A stretch of DNA of 64,000 bases from Selaginella moellendorffii (Eukaryota > Plantae > Lycopodiophyta): positions 1,477,960-1,541,959 of the forward strand of contig NW_003314262.1 in NCBI RefSeq assembly GCF_000143415.4, read 5' to 3'. Shown one piece after another: positions 45,532-57,778 of this stretch (its first letter is position 1; each line of letters opens with the position of its first letter). The notes below the pieces were generated by a model. That model ran no database searches. It was not told the DNA's origin and worked only from the letters and a program-made list of their open reading frames with translations. A program made the position numbers and the translations under genes.

Positions 45532-48500
45532 TGTGAGGGCCAACTATATAGCTATGATGCTGTATAATAATATTAGCATAGTGGGATTTTGGTAGCCGTC
45601 GGATTGGTTTCAATCCGGACCACTCGCTCTTGTATATAAACTAGGGTTTTTAGGCTAATTGATATGCATATTTTCTATATTCCCCCAAGCACTCACATTG
45701 GTGGAGATGAAAGGCACCTTTCATTGTCCCTAAGGAGCGCTTGGATTTAGGATTTTGGTTTAAATATAACTTTTTCCATTTCTTTTCTTTTGTTCTTTCC
45801 TTTTAGAATTTTGATTTATATCTAGCTTTTCCATTATTTAAATCTCCTTTTCCTTCTAGTTTTCTTCTCATTTCTCTTCTTCTACTCTTTCCTTTTCATT
45901 CATTTTCATGGCAGAGCAACAATCTCCTCCTCTGACTCTAGAGTAGCAGTTGGTGCAATTGCAATTGAACAACCAAACTCAATTGAAGGTGGCATTCATG
46001 GCATGTGGTATAGTTCTTCCTGCGCTTGGTGTCAATCCTCACATTTAGCCGGAGTTCTTTCGTGGGAATCCTGGGGATGATGTGTACCATTGGTTTGATC
46101 ACTTCACGGTGATTGCCACATATCATTCTTGGGATGATGCTCGACATTTGCGTGAGTTTCCCACATGTCTCCAAGGGATGGCACTGTAGTGGTACAATGG
46201 CACATTCGGATATGTTGACGATTGTGATAATGCCTTTTAGCAATTGCATCATCTTCGTCAAGGGTCATCTGAGTCGGTGATGCAATTTGGCATTTGTTTC
46301 TGAAGCTTTTTGCTTCGTGCGAAGCTAAATATGTCGGAGCAAATCAAGTTAGGAATGTTGTGGCTAGCACTTCATCAAGATTTTGTTGGACTTGTGCATG
46401 CATTTTCTCCAACCACCCTTAATGATGCTCTTTGCTTAGCACAATGTTATGAGATGTCACCTTTTTCACTTCTCGCTGCCTATCCTTCTGCTCCACTTCC
46501 TATGGGTGATGGTCTTGTTCAAATGGAGGTTGATGTTGTTGCTGCTTGAGTCCAAGGACAAGGGTGAGGATGTGGTTGTGGCTGTGACGTTCGCTATTGG
46601 GCATGTGATGAAGTTGGTCACACTTATCAGTGTTGTTGATATTTTCTGGATTGGCGACCCCTATTTCTTGGGTGGAGACTTTGGTGTCAACAATGTCCTG
46701 TTGGTGGAAGGTTTGGACACTGAGATGCACCGGGAAACAAGGATTCGTGTGAGTAATTGAGGGACCTGTGCGAATAAGTCAGTGACCCCTCCATCTTTCT
46801 TTTGGGAGTATTATCAAGAGGTTCATTCGGCACCGGTTCATCAAGTGTTTACTATCCAAGTTCGTTTTTTATAATAAAAGGTCTCCTATTATTCTCTTCG
46901 TATTGATTGATACAGGTTTGAGTTTATTTTCTATTACTCAACCTATTACCACACGTTGCCGTTTACACTTGTGTTATGCAACGGAATTAGTTTTCATTCT
47001 TTATGGCAACGGTCGTAAACATGCATGTGCAGAGGATGAGGAGGACTTGGTTGTGTGTATGGGCGACCTTGAGTTTGAGTTGCAGTTATTGCGGGTGATG
47101 CCAAATCAAGGTTTTGACCTCATCCTTGGTATGGATTACTTGCAACGCAATCATGTCAAATGTGACTTTAAGGCTTCTCCCCATTGTCTCATACTTCGTT
47201 ATATTTCATCCATTCCTTTAACTTCTGTACCTCTTTGTCCCTTTACTTCTACTTCTACTTCCATTACTTTTGTTCCCTCACTATTTCCTTCTATGTTTCC
47301 GTCTTGTTCTACTCTTCCCTTTTTTCAATCCCTCCAACAATCTTTGTGTTGCAGCAGTTGACTGGCTTATGAAGGAGTATTCTGATCTCTTTGAATTTGA
47401 CTTATTATCTGGGGCCAAGATTGCCTCATGTCATCCAATTCCAACTGGGGATGTTTGTCCAATCAAGGTTCCTGTTCATCGTCGGTCACCCAAAGAGATC
47501 AAAATTTTACATGCAAAAGTCAAGGAGATGTTGGAGAAGAGTGTTATTCAGAAGTTATGGAGTCCTTGGGCATGTGAACCTCATCTTGTGATGAAGTTTG
47601 ATAGAAGTATTCATTTCTGCATTGATTATCATTTGTTAAACGAAGTGACGATCCCAGATGTGTACCCTCTCCCTCATACTGCTGATCTCTTGAATCGTCT
47701 GAGGCGAAGTTGTTGGTTCACCAAGCTAAATCTTGCTTCTGGGTACTGGCAAGTACCGATAGATGAAGAAGATATTCCTAAGACTACTTTTCGTACACCG
47801 TTTTGTTTTATATAAGTTCTTGGTGATGTTGTTTGGTTTAAATAATGCTCCAATAACTTTCTAGCGGATGATGGATGAGGTTCTTTGTGATATGTTGAAG
47901 GTGATTACTAACTTCATTGATGATGTATTGATCCACTCGGAGGGGACATGGGACGAGCATGTTTGTGATGTTTGTAAAGTGTTGGATCAGCTATGGGATG
48001 TTGGTTTAAAGTTGAAGCAATCAAAGTGTGTGTTTGGGTCTAAGGACACAACTTATCTTGAGTATTGTATTTCTCGTGAGGGTTTACAAATTGATCCTAA
48101 CAAACTTATGGCTGTTCTAAATTTCCCTACTCCGAAGTATGTGAATGATGTGCAACACTTCTTGGGCAAGGTGCAGTATCTCGATCGTTTTGTGGATCAT
48201 CTTTCTGATTGCACTACATTATTGCGAGTGTTGATGAAGTCATCAATGTCATCTTTCATCTAGTCTCCAGATTGTGAGTAGGCATTCGTGGATCTCAAAG
48301 TGCTATTGACAATTCCTCCGGTTTTGGAATATCTTGACTACATTTGATTTTTATTTTGCACATGGATGCTTTTGATATTGGTTTTAGAGGTGTGTTGATG
48401 CAACGAGCTTAAGTGTGCTTGATCAACACCATCCCATTGTGTATATAAGCCATATATTACAACCAGCAGAAGTGAACTACTCCATAACAGAGGAGTGTTT

Positions 48501-50375
48501 AGCAACAGTCTGGGGCTTCAAGAAACTTCATGTATATCTACATGGTTCTCAGACATTACTTAAAGGTGACCATGCTACCATTACTTCATTATTGAAGTGA
48601 AATAACCTAGTTGGTTGTATTGCTCAATAGGCTTTGAAGCTTCAGATATATAATTTTGATGTTGTTCATCGCCTAAGGAGTTCTATGGCTAATGCTGATG
48701 CCCTTTCTTGAGCTCGTCTTCCTTCTCCACTCTCTTCTCATGATTTTGATGAGCCTATTGTTCCAGCATCTGTGGATTTTCTAGACAAGGATTTTGTGTC
48801 ACCGGTGGTTGCTATATTTGACATTTAGTGTCCACAAGGCACAAAGCAAGATCTACCTTCTCTTGATGAGGTTTGTGAGGCTTAAAATATTGAGCCATAG
48901 ATTTGAAGGCTTCGAAATGGGTTTGAGATGCCTTTTTGGCATTTACATTCTCAATATCACCTTGAAGACGGCCTTCTTTATTTTGTGAGGACGGATCTTG
49001 ATGATCATTTACAGCTGGTGGTGCCTTCTATTTTTATTCTATAGTTCCTCCATGCCTACCATAATTCTTCTATTCTAGGTGGGCATATGGGACATTGTTG
49101 TGTAATCGAAAAGCTACACAGGTCTTTCTATTGGCTGGAGATGCGACATGATATTATCTAGTATGTGCGTAGTTACATTTAGTGCCAAGCTCATAATACT
49201 CCCCCTTGTGTTGTAGAAGGATGGTTGGAGTCAATTCCAGTTTCTCGTCTGTTTAAGTTGGTGGCGTTTGATCTTATGGGACATTTTTCATAGTCGATTG
49301 CTGGCAATGAGTATGTTATTATTGTTTTTGACTACTTGATTCATTGGGTGGAAGTTGGTGCTCTTGCTAGTGCCTCTACAACTACTATTGGATACTTCCT
49401 CCTCAATCAAGTGGTGTTCCAACATTCTTGTCCAAAACAGATTCTTCCAGATAATGATCCCACATTTATGGCTGAGGCATTTCATGTTTTGACATCTCAG
49501 TTGGGCATATACCACACTTTCATGAGTGCTTATCATCCACAATTAGACGGTCTGGTGGAATAGCTCATTCGGATGTTCAAAGGGATGATCGCAAAGTATG
49601 TGAACTTTCAGCATTTAGATTGGGATGGTCATTTGCCATCTTTTCGGTATGCATATGTCACAGGGGTGTAGAGTTCTATTGATGCTTTACCATATAAATT
49701 CCTATATGGTCATGATCCAATATTACCAATGGAGCTGGGTTTACCTTCACGATTGCCACGAGCTACCGATGCTTGGTCATGGGATTAGTATTTGACGAGC
49801 ATTCTTCCACTTGTCCAAGCAGAGTCTACTGAACACTTAAGCCGTGTACAAGTGGGACAACAACGGCGCTTCAACTCCCATCATCATCCACCTGCGAAGT
49901 ACAAAGTGGATGACTTGGTGTTGGTCATCTTACGGTACATGGTTTATCTAAGGGGCTCCTTGCTCAGTGGAAAGGACCATATGGGTGTTGCGGCAAGTGG
50001 GACCACAAGTTTATGAGGTTTGGCATGACGTCCAGCAAGCTGATCCTCTAGAGATTATACATGTGCAACGGTTGAAACACTTCATATAAAGGGATCAGGA
50101 GTAGTTAATACCACCTACAGATCCACCAATGCCTCCTCTTGATGTTCCTCTAGATCCCGGCCCATCTACAAGAGAACCCTGATAGTCTTACATTATTCCA
50201 AGAGGAGGGGATGATGAGGGCCAAGTGTACGGCTACAATGCTGTATACTAATATTAGCATAGTGGGATTTTGGTAGCCGTCGGATTGGTTTCAATCCGGA
50301 CCACTCGCTCTTGTATATAAGCTAGGGTTTTTGGGTTAATTAATATGCACATTTTCTATATTCCAAGCACTCACA
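45532..50375 (+). mobile_element. Full-length but decayed Ty3/Gypsy element, family B (about 165-bp LTRs 45532-45697 and 50212-50375; PBS for tRNA-Ala; PPT; 4-bp TSD GAAA)
   Basis: TG..CA LTR pair; PBS TGGTGGAGATG 45699-45709; PPT AAGAGGAGGGGA; protease-RT (FCIDY, LASGYWQV, FIDD)-RNaseH-integrase (AYHPQLDG) order with many stops. Confidence 0.93.
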
Positions 50376-51611
50376 GAAAAGGAATATAGAAAATGTGCAT
50401 ATCAATTAGCCCAAAAACCCTAGCTTATATGCAAGAGTAAATGGTCTAGATTAAAACCAATTTGATGATTATTAAAATCACACTACACTAATATTAGTTT
50501 ACGGCATCACAATTATATAATTGGACCTTATATTATCCCCTCCTCTTGGACAATGGAAAACCATCAGGGTTCTCTTTTAAATGGGTTGGGATTTAGAGGA
50601 ACATCAAGATGAGGCATTGATGGATTTATAGGTGGTACCAGTTGTTTCTGACCCTTTATACGAATCATTTCAACCGCTGTATATGCACAATTTTTGAAGG
50701 ATTGGCTTGCTGGACATCATGCCAAATCTCATAAACTTGCGGTCCAACTTGCCACAACACTTGATATGGTCCTTTCTACTGAGTAAGGAGCCCCTTAGAT
50801 AAACCACATATCGTAAGATGGGGAAAACAAACTAACACTAAATCATCCACTTTATACTCCATAGGTGGATGATGATGGGAGTTGTAGTGTTATTGCTGTC
50901 CAGTTGTATGTGGCCCGGATGTTCGGCAAACTCTACTTGGACAAGTGGAAGAATGCTAATCAAATACTGATCCTATGACTTAGCATCAGTAGCTCATGGT
51001 AATCACAAAGGTAAACCCAACTCCATTGGTAATATTGGATCATGACCATATAGGAGTTTATATGGTGAAACACCATTAAAACTCTGCACCCCTGTGATAT
51101 ATGCATACCAAAGAGATGGTAAATAACCATCCCAATGAATGCTAAAAGTTCACGTACTTCGCAATCATCCCTTTGAATGTTTGAATCTGTCTATGGATGA
51201 TAAGCACCCTTGAAAGTGTGGTGTATCCTCAACCAAGACATCAAAGTATAAAATGCTTCAGCCATAAATGCAAGACCATTATTTGAAAGAATCTGCTATA
51301 GACAAAAATGCTAGAACACCACTTGATTAAGGAGGAAGTACCCAATAACAGTTGTAGAGGCGCTAGCAAAAGCACAAACTTCCATCCAGTGAGTCAAGTA
51401 GTCAAAAGTAATAATAACATACTCATTGGCAGTAGTTGATCATGGAAAAAATCCTATAAGATCAAATGCCACTAACTCAAATGGATGAGAAACTACAATT
51501 AACTCCAACCATCATTCCACAATATGAGGGGGAGTATTACAAGCTTGACACTAAACACAATTATGCATATACCAGATAATATCATGTCATATCTTTGGCC
51601 AATGGAAAGAC
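50376..51611 (-). mobile_element. Older family B copy in opposite orientation (3' LTR, PPT, integrase); its last 23 bp lie at 45509-45531
   Basis: Reverse complement of about 49130-50365; truncated at 51611 by LTR A. Confidence 0.88.
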
Positions 51612-52569
51612 TATAAGGAACAAACTCGCCGAGGTGTCATAGGCTAAAGGAACCCCAAAAGCATGACCAAAATGACAAAGAGTTCATCGGATGGGACCAA
51701 GTCGAAGATCGAGTCCAAGACCGACTCTAGGACCGAGTTCGAGATAGAGTCCGGAATCGAGTCCGAGACCAACTCGGGGACCGAGTTCGAGTCCGAGTTC
51801 GAGACCGAGTTCGAGACGGAGTCCGAGATCCGAAATCGGGTCCGAGACCGGGTCCGAGACCGAGTCCGAGGTCGGGTCTGAGATCGGGTCCGAGACCGAA
51901 TCCGAAGTCGGATCCGAAATCGGGTCCAAGATCGAGCCAGAGACTAAGTCCAAATACTAATACGGGTCAAAGGGTGAAAGCCCAAAGCGTGTGTCTCCCA
52001 GGGGGGGGGGGGCTGCAGGGGGTTCCAAAAGTATAGTAGGGATAGTGAGGTCCAGGAACCAGTCTTGAAGGAACTCTCCAGTGGTGCTTCCAAACTGACT
52101 TGAGGTTGAGACTGGGGCCGAGGGGCCTTGGGTGGGAGTGAGCATGGGCTTGAGTGGGGCCGGAGGGGCCACCCAGGGAAGTACTCAAGAGCAGCTCCCA
52201 CTCTCGAAAGGGAAACTGACTGCGGTGCTCCCGGCTCATGTGGAGTGGTGCCCCACTTGAGTACCTTGTGGCTCATTGGTCCTCGCCCTCCCTAGGGGCT
52301 TGGGCCTTCCCTTTGGGATGGAAGTGGGGGGGTAGAGGTACCCATACCAGGCCGTTAGGCCACGGTGTTTCGCCCCGACGTCCCGAAGCAAGTGTTGCAC
52401 CCAAGACTTGGGATATAGAGGGTCCCATGATCAAGTCTTGTGGTACCAAGGGGTGTTAGGAACCTGGAGGCTTGGTGTGCTTGGCTGCTTGTGCATGCGG
52501 GGAGTGTAGCCGAACCTTAAGTCCAGTCTAACCCAGGGAGGGGGATTGGGAGAGATTTGGGGATCCGTA

Positions 52570-52764
52570 TGTAAGCAACCAAAGGGAACGACTCGAGAGA
52601 TGATTCATAGGGGTTCAAATATAGAGGGAAAGGGCCCATGAATAAGAGTGCACCCCCTTTTCCAATCGGTTAAGGGTCTTGGGATATTTGGGGTTAAGCG
52701 TCCTTGGGTTTGAATAGTACTGGGATGGGTGACCTCCTGGGAAGTCCAAACTCAGGAGCTTACA
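52570..52764 (+). mobile_element. 195-bp Cassandra-like solo LTR carrying a 5S-rRNA-derived segment (52693-52747); 5-bp TSD CCGTA
   Basis: TGTAAGC..GCTTACA termini; CCGTA at 52565-69 and 52765-69; GTTAAGCGTCCTTGGG..TAGTACTGGGATGGGTGACCTCCTGGGAAGTCC matches the plant 5S internal control region; absent from the LTR copy at 1-1064. Confidence 0.9.
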
Positions 52765-53006
52765 CCGTAGATGGATGGCTAACACTCCGTTGCTCGTGCA
52801 GTGAGTAGCTGAAACCAAGTAGGACCAAGTAGGAGCTAGTACCATAGGCGGGAACCTTGGCAAGGGAACTTAGCACAAGCCAAGGCAGAGTTGGTCGGAT
52901 AGACGAGGTAAGCTGGCAAATTGGAAAGGAAAAATTTGTGGCTTACAATTTGGTATCGGAGCCTTTTCCTCAGTTCTAGCGAAGGATAGAGGCGGATTGC
53001 TGGGAG

Positions 53007-56000
53007 ATGGCAAGGGTAGGACATAAGCGAACCCAAGTAGAGATGGAACCTCCTCCAGAGCTGGAGCCTCCGGTCGAACAGGAGGCTATGGATGAGGAAT
53101 CCTTGCATGAGGAGGACTCTAGTGAGGCAACTTCCAAACAGGAGTCTGGTGGTGAGGTTCGGTCGTCCAAGGCTCGATTGGATGTTCTAGAAGGACAATT
53201 GGCACAGACCAATGCCTTGCTAGAGACTCTCGTACGCAAGCTAAAGCGTGATGAGAAGCGGAAGAAAAAGCGAAAGACTGCGGATGCTGGCAGCGCAGAA
53301 GGTGCGGACCCTTTGGCAGGGACTGAGGCAAAACCAGACAAGGTCGAACAGACCGAAGTGGAATCAGTCCCTCAGGCAGTTCCCAAGTACAAACCAAAGC
53401 CCCCACCGGTCTTCAAGGGAGTGAACGACTATAAGGTGGTGGAGGATTGGTTTTACGATATGGAGAACTACTTCTGAGCGCTGCGATTATCGAGCTTGGA
53501 GAAGGTCCCATATGCAAAACCATACTTGGCAGATAATGCCAAGTCTTGGTGGAGAACGACAGAGGCCAACGAAGGACCGGTGGCCACTTGGGAAATGATG
53601 AAGGCGAGGATCCGCGCAACTTACGTTCTTCCAAATGCTACTCTGCATCTAAGGGACGAGCTGAGTAGGCTGAAGCAGACCGGAACCATTCAGGAGTATG
53701 TGAATGGGTTTATGGCAAAGAGGATACTTGTCACGGACATAGGGGATATGGATGCGTTCCATGCCTTCATATCAGGTTTGCAAACCTGGGCTCGCGGTGA
53801 AGTGATGCGGTGGAACCCGACTAACTACAAGGAAGCGTTGGATGCGGCCATCAAGGAGCATTTCAACGATAACCTGCGAAAGGGGAACACGACGGGGTCG
53901 GGATCCATGTTTAGCAAAGGGGCCAAACCAAGGGGAACGTTTAGTAGAGGGAAATTCAAGAAGAGTTTCTCTAAGAATGAGTCCTCGGGGTTCTGAAAAG
54001 GCAAATCCAGTGGCCAGCGAGCAAGTACGTGGGGGAGTCAAGCGAAAAGAGACAAACCCACGGATAAGAAGGTCAAGTCGTATAGCAGCATGGGAAACAA
54101 CGTATGCTACAACTGCGGTGAAGCGGGACACTTTTCGAGGGAATGTCCCTACCCGAAGAAGGCCAGAGCCAATATGGCCATCAAGTCGGGTGAAGTCCAA
54201 ACTGAGGTATGTGATCCAGTCCCTAACTCAAAGTTACTCATTACACGAGCAACTTTGGTAGTGAGTCGTTCGCGACATCTATTAGCCCTCCGAGGGAAGC
54301 TCGGAGGTAGCTTTGTTAAGATCCTTATTGACATGGGTGCTTCGGATAATTTTGTGGCTGCAGACATAGTCCGGCAAGCCGGACTAACGGTGCAGCGGCT
54401 AGGCGAACCAAGGACTATAGAGTTTGTTCAAGGTAGCCAAAGCACCAATGAGGTACTTCGACAAGCGAGAGTCGAAGTGGGAACTTGGAAGGTGGACATG
54501 GATTTCACCGTGTTGGACATGGCGGGGTTTGACGTGATCTTCGGAATGGATTGGTTCAATCGGTTCGTGGTAGCCTTGCATGGACAAGGTAGGAACCTTG
54601 TGGTACTGGCAAATGCCCAAGGAAGAAGATTTAGGGTGGAGGCCCAAGATCTAAAGGTAGGGCAAAGCAAGGCCAAAGATTCCTGCTTAAACCTTGTGTC
54701 CACGAGAGGACAACTCACTAAAGGAACTAAGGCAGCCTTTTTGTGTTTACTCTCGGTGAAGAGTGACAAAAAGACAAGAACGGAAGAAGTACCTTTAGTG
54801 ATCCAGCGGGTGTTGGACCAATTCTAGGATACCATGCCGGAGGAGCTACCGGCGGGGCTACCCCCAGCACGACCGATAGAACATAAGATTGAGCTAGTCG
54901 AGGGTGCTGAGGCGGTGGTTCGCCCCCCTTATCGTTTGAACGAAAAAGAACTCAAGGAGCTCAAGTGCCAACTAGAGGAGTTGGTGGACAAAGGGTATGT
55001 TAGGTTGAGCAAGTTGCCGTATGGGGCACCGGTGTTATTTGTGAAAAAGAAAGATGGATCTATGCGCATGTGCATAGACTACCGGTTGTTCAACAAGTAT
55101 ACAAAGAAGAACAAGTACCCTTTGCCAAGGATTGAGGACCTATTCGATAGGTTGGGAAAGGCAAAATACTTCTCGAGGATTGACCTAAGGTCAGGATACT
55201 ACCAGATCAGGGTAGCCGAGGAAGACGTCGAGAAGACAACCTGTCGAACGAGGTATGGGAGCTTTGAGTTTCTGGTGATGCCCTTCGGGCTATGTAATGC
55301 GCTAGCAACGTTTTCGGCGCTAATGAACCACATCTTTGTACCCTATCTAGATCACTTCATGGTCGTCTATATCGACGACATCCTGATCTATAGCGAGACA
55401 CTAGAGGAGCATGCCGAACACTTGGCGAAGGTGTTTGAGAAACTAAGGGAACACAAACTGTATGCTAAAGAGAGCAAATGTGACTTTGCTCAACAAGAGG
55501 TAAAGTTTCTCGGGCATGTGGTGGGCCAGGACGGGCTCAAGGTGGACCCGGAGAAGGTCCAAGCGATCCAGGAATGGGAGCGACCATCAAATGTACACGA
55601 GTTGAGGGAATTCTTGGGGCTATGCAACTACTATCAAAAGTTTATCAGACACTATTCGAGAGTAGCCCTACCCTTAACGGACCAAACAGGAAAAGGGAAG
55701 ATGGTGTGGACAGCGGAATGCGAGGCGGCATTCGTCCACCTCAAAGGGAAGTTGAGGAAGGCTCCCGTATTGGCATTACCAGACTTTGGTAAGGACTTTG
55801 AGGTAGAAACGGATGCTTCAGACTTTGTGTTGGGCGCAGTTTTGAAGCAAGACAACCATCCGGTGGCGTTCTTCTCGAAGAAGTTGGACAAGGCTCAACG
55901 GAAGTGGCCTGCCCATGAGAAGGAATTGTTTGTAGTGGTCAAGGCGCTCAAGGAGTGGCGACACTACCTTGGGAGACACTTCAAGGTTTACACGGACAAT

Positions 56001-57778
56001 GTGGCAATAAAACACTTCTTGTCACAGCCCGACCTGAGAGGGAAACAAGGTTGGTGGGCTAATGCCTTGGCCGAGTTTGATTGCGAGATTCTGTACAAGC
56101 CTGGGAAGAGCAACATCATGGCGGATGCGCTAAGTCGAAAAGCGAGCTTGAGGTTGGCAATATCCAGCGCAACAGCAACCTTTTGGGATGATGTGCGGAC
56201 AGCATATGAGAACGATGGTCTAGCACAAGAAGTGTTGCTGAGGAATCTAGAGGCGCGGGAAGCTCACCAGAGAGGTGAGCTGCCAATGGAAGAGAAAACG
56301 GGCTATGCAGAACGCAACGGACTCATCTATTACAAGGAAATGAGGGTGTATGTTCCAGAAGGGGAACTAAGGAAGGTGGCCTTAGAAGAGTGTCATGACG
56401 GACCTCTTGCAGGACACGGTGGAGTGCCCAAGACGATGGGCTTACTCAAGAGGAAGTACCATTGGCCAGATATGGCTAAGGACGTCCAAGACTATGTAAA
56501 GACATGTCTAACATGTCAGCAGGTAAAAGCCATGACTAAGGCTAGTGGGGGCTTGTTGCAAAGCATCCCAATTCCAGATCGTCCGTGGAAATGTCTTACG
56601 ATGGACTTCATCACGGGACTCCCCCCAAGCGAGGGGTTTGATGCGATATTCGTGGTGGTGGACCGATTTTCAAAAATGGCACATTTCATACCCACCACAA
56701 CGGAGGTGGATGCGGAAGGTGTGGCAAAGCTATTCTTCGAACAAGTGGTTCGAGTGCGGGGAAGACCGGAAGAGATCATCTCAGATCGAGATAAGATCGT
56801 CACCAGTAGGTTCTGGAGGACTCTCCTGGAACAGTATCGCACCAAGTTGAAATTCAGCATAGCCTATCACCCACAGACAGGTATGGGGTATTAAGTCAAG
56901 TTGTTGGCACTAACACTTCTTGACAGACGGACAAACGGAAAGGGTGAATAGGCAGCTGGAGGATTATTTGTGATGCTATGTCTCGGGAGACCAGACCGAT
57001 TGGGTAAGTCATTTGGGACTTGCGGAAATGTGTTATAACAACTCACCACATTCGAGTATCGGGGTGAGTCCATGGGAAGTCATCAATGGGCGAGCTATTG
57101 AAGGTCCTGTGGAACTCGGCATGGCCGAGTATCATGGAGAGTTGCCTGTAGTGGAGGCATTCACGGCAGAAAGACTCAGCATTTGGAATCTAGTGAGGGA
57201 TTCCTTGGAACGGGCTCAACAAAGGCAAACCAAATACGCGAACCAGAAGCGTCGGGATGTAGAGTTCCAAGCTGGGGAGAAGGTGTGGCTGAACACCAAG
57301 AACCTCAAACTACCAAGTGGGATCAGCCGAAAGTTGACCCAAAGGTAAAGATGCATGTATTCCTGTAAATGAATTGATCGTGAGTTCTCTAAGCAGGTTT
57401 GCGGGGCCTTACGAGATTGAGGCACAAATCGGTAAAGTGGCTTACCGACTCCGACTTCCTCGAGAGATGGGGAAGATGCACCCAGTGTTCCATGTGAACT
57501 TACTCAAGCCGTACTTTGAGGATCCGCTTCGCAAGGACCAAGTAAGACCTTTACCTGAGGTTATCCAAGGGGAAGAGGAATACGAAGTCGAGGCCATCCT
57601 CAATGCGCGCAAGAGCAAGCGACAAGGACACGAGGTGAGAGAGTTCTATGTGAAGTGGAAAGGATTTCCACACTGCGAAGCAATATGGGAACCGGAGGAG
57701 AACCTAGCGAACGCGCGAGATCTAGTGGAGGAATTTCTGCAAGGCAGAACTCTATGTACTTATGCAAAATTCAATTAA
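53007..57778 (+). pseudogene. Single-frame gag-pol of chromovirus A with four nonsense codons and two intron-like insertions (56881-56926, 57345-57396)
   Basis: ORFs at 53007, 53496, 54090 and 54834 share one frame; removing the GT-AG inserts restores HPQTDGQTERVNR and KLTQRFAGPY. Confidence 0.9.

Larger units (their letters stand above)
51612..57778 (+). mobile_element. Ty3/Gypsy chromovirus, family A: 5' LTR 51612-52947, PBS (tRNA-Met) 52951-52962, gag-pol with chromodomain; no 3' LTR seen
   Basis: LTR ends GCTTACA followed by TGGTATCGGAGC; CCHC knuckle, protease, RT (YIDD), RNase H, integrase, chromodomain. Confidence 0.95.

Noticed and set aside
52693-52747. 5S rRNA gene
   Set aside because: Only the internal roughly 55 nt match; both 5S ends are missing and it sits within a TSD-flanked TG..CA unit
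54207-54250. Possible third intron between the zinc knuckle and protease of chromovirus A
   Set aside because: Donor and branch-like motifs exist, but the frame is open without splicing and there is no convincing acceptor
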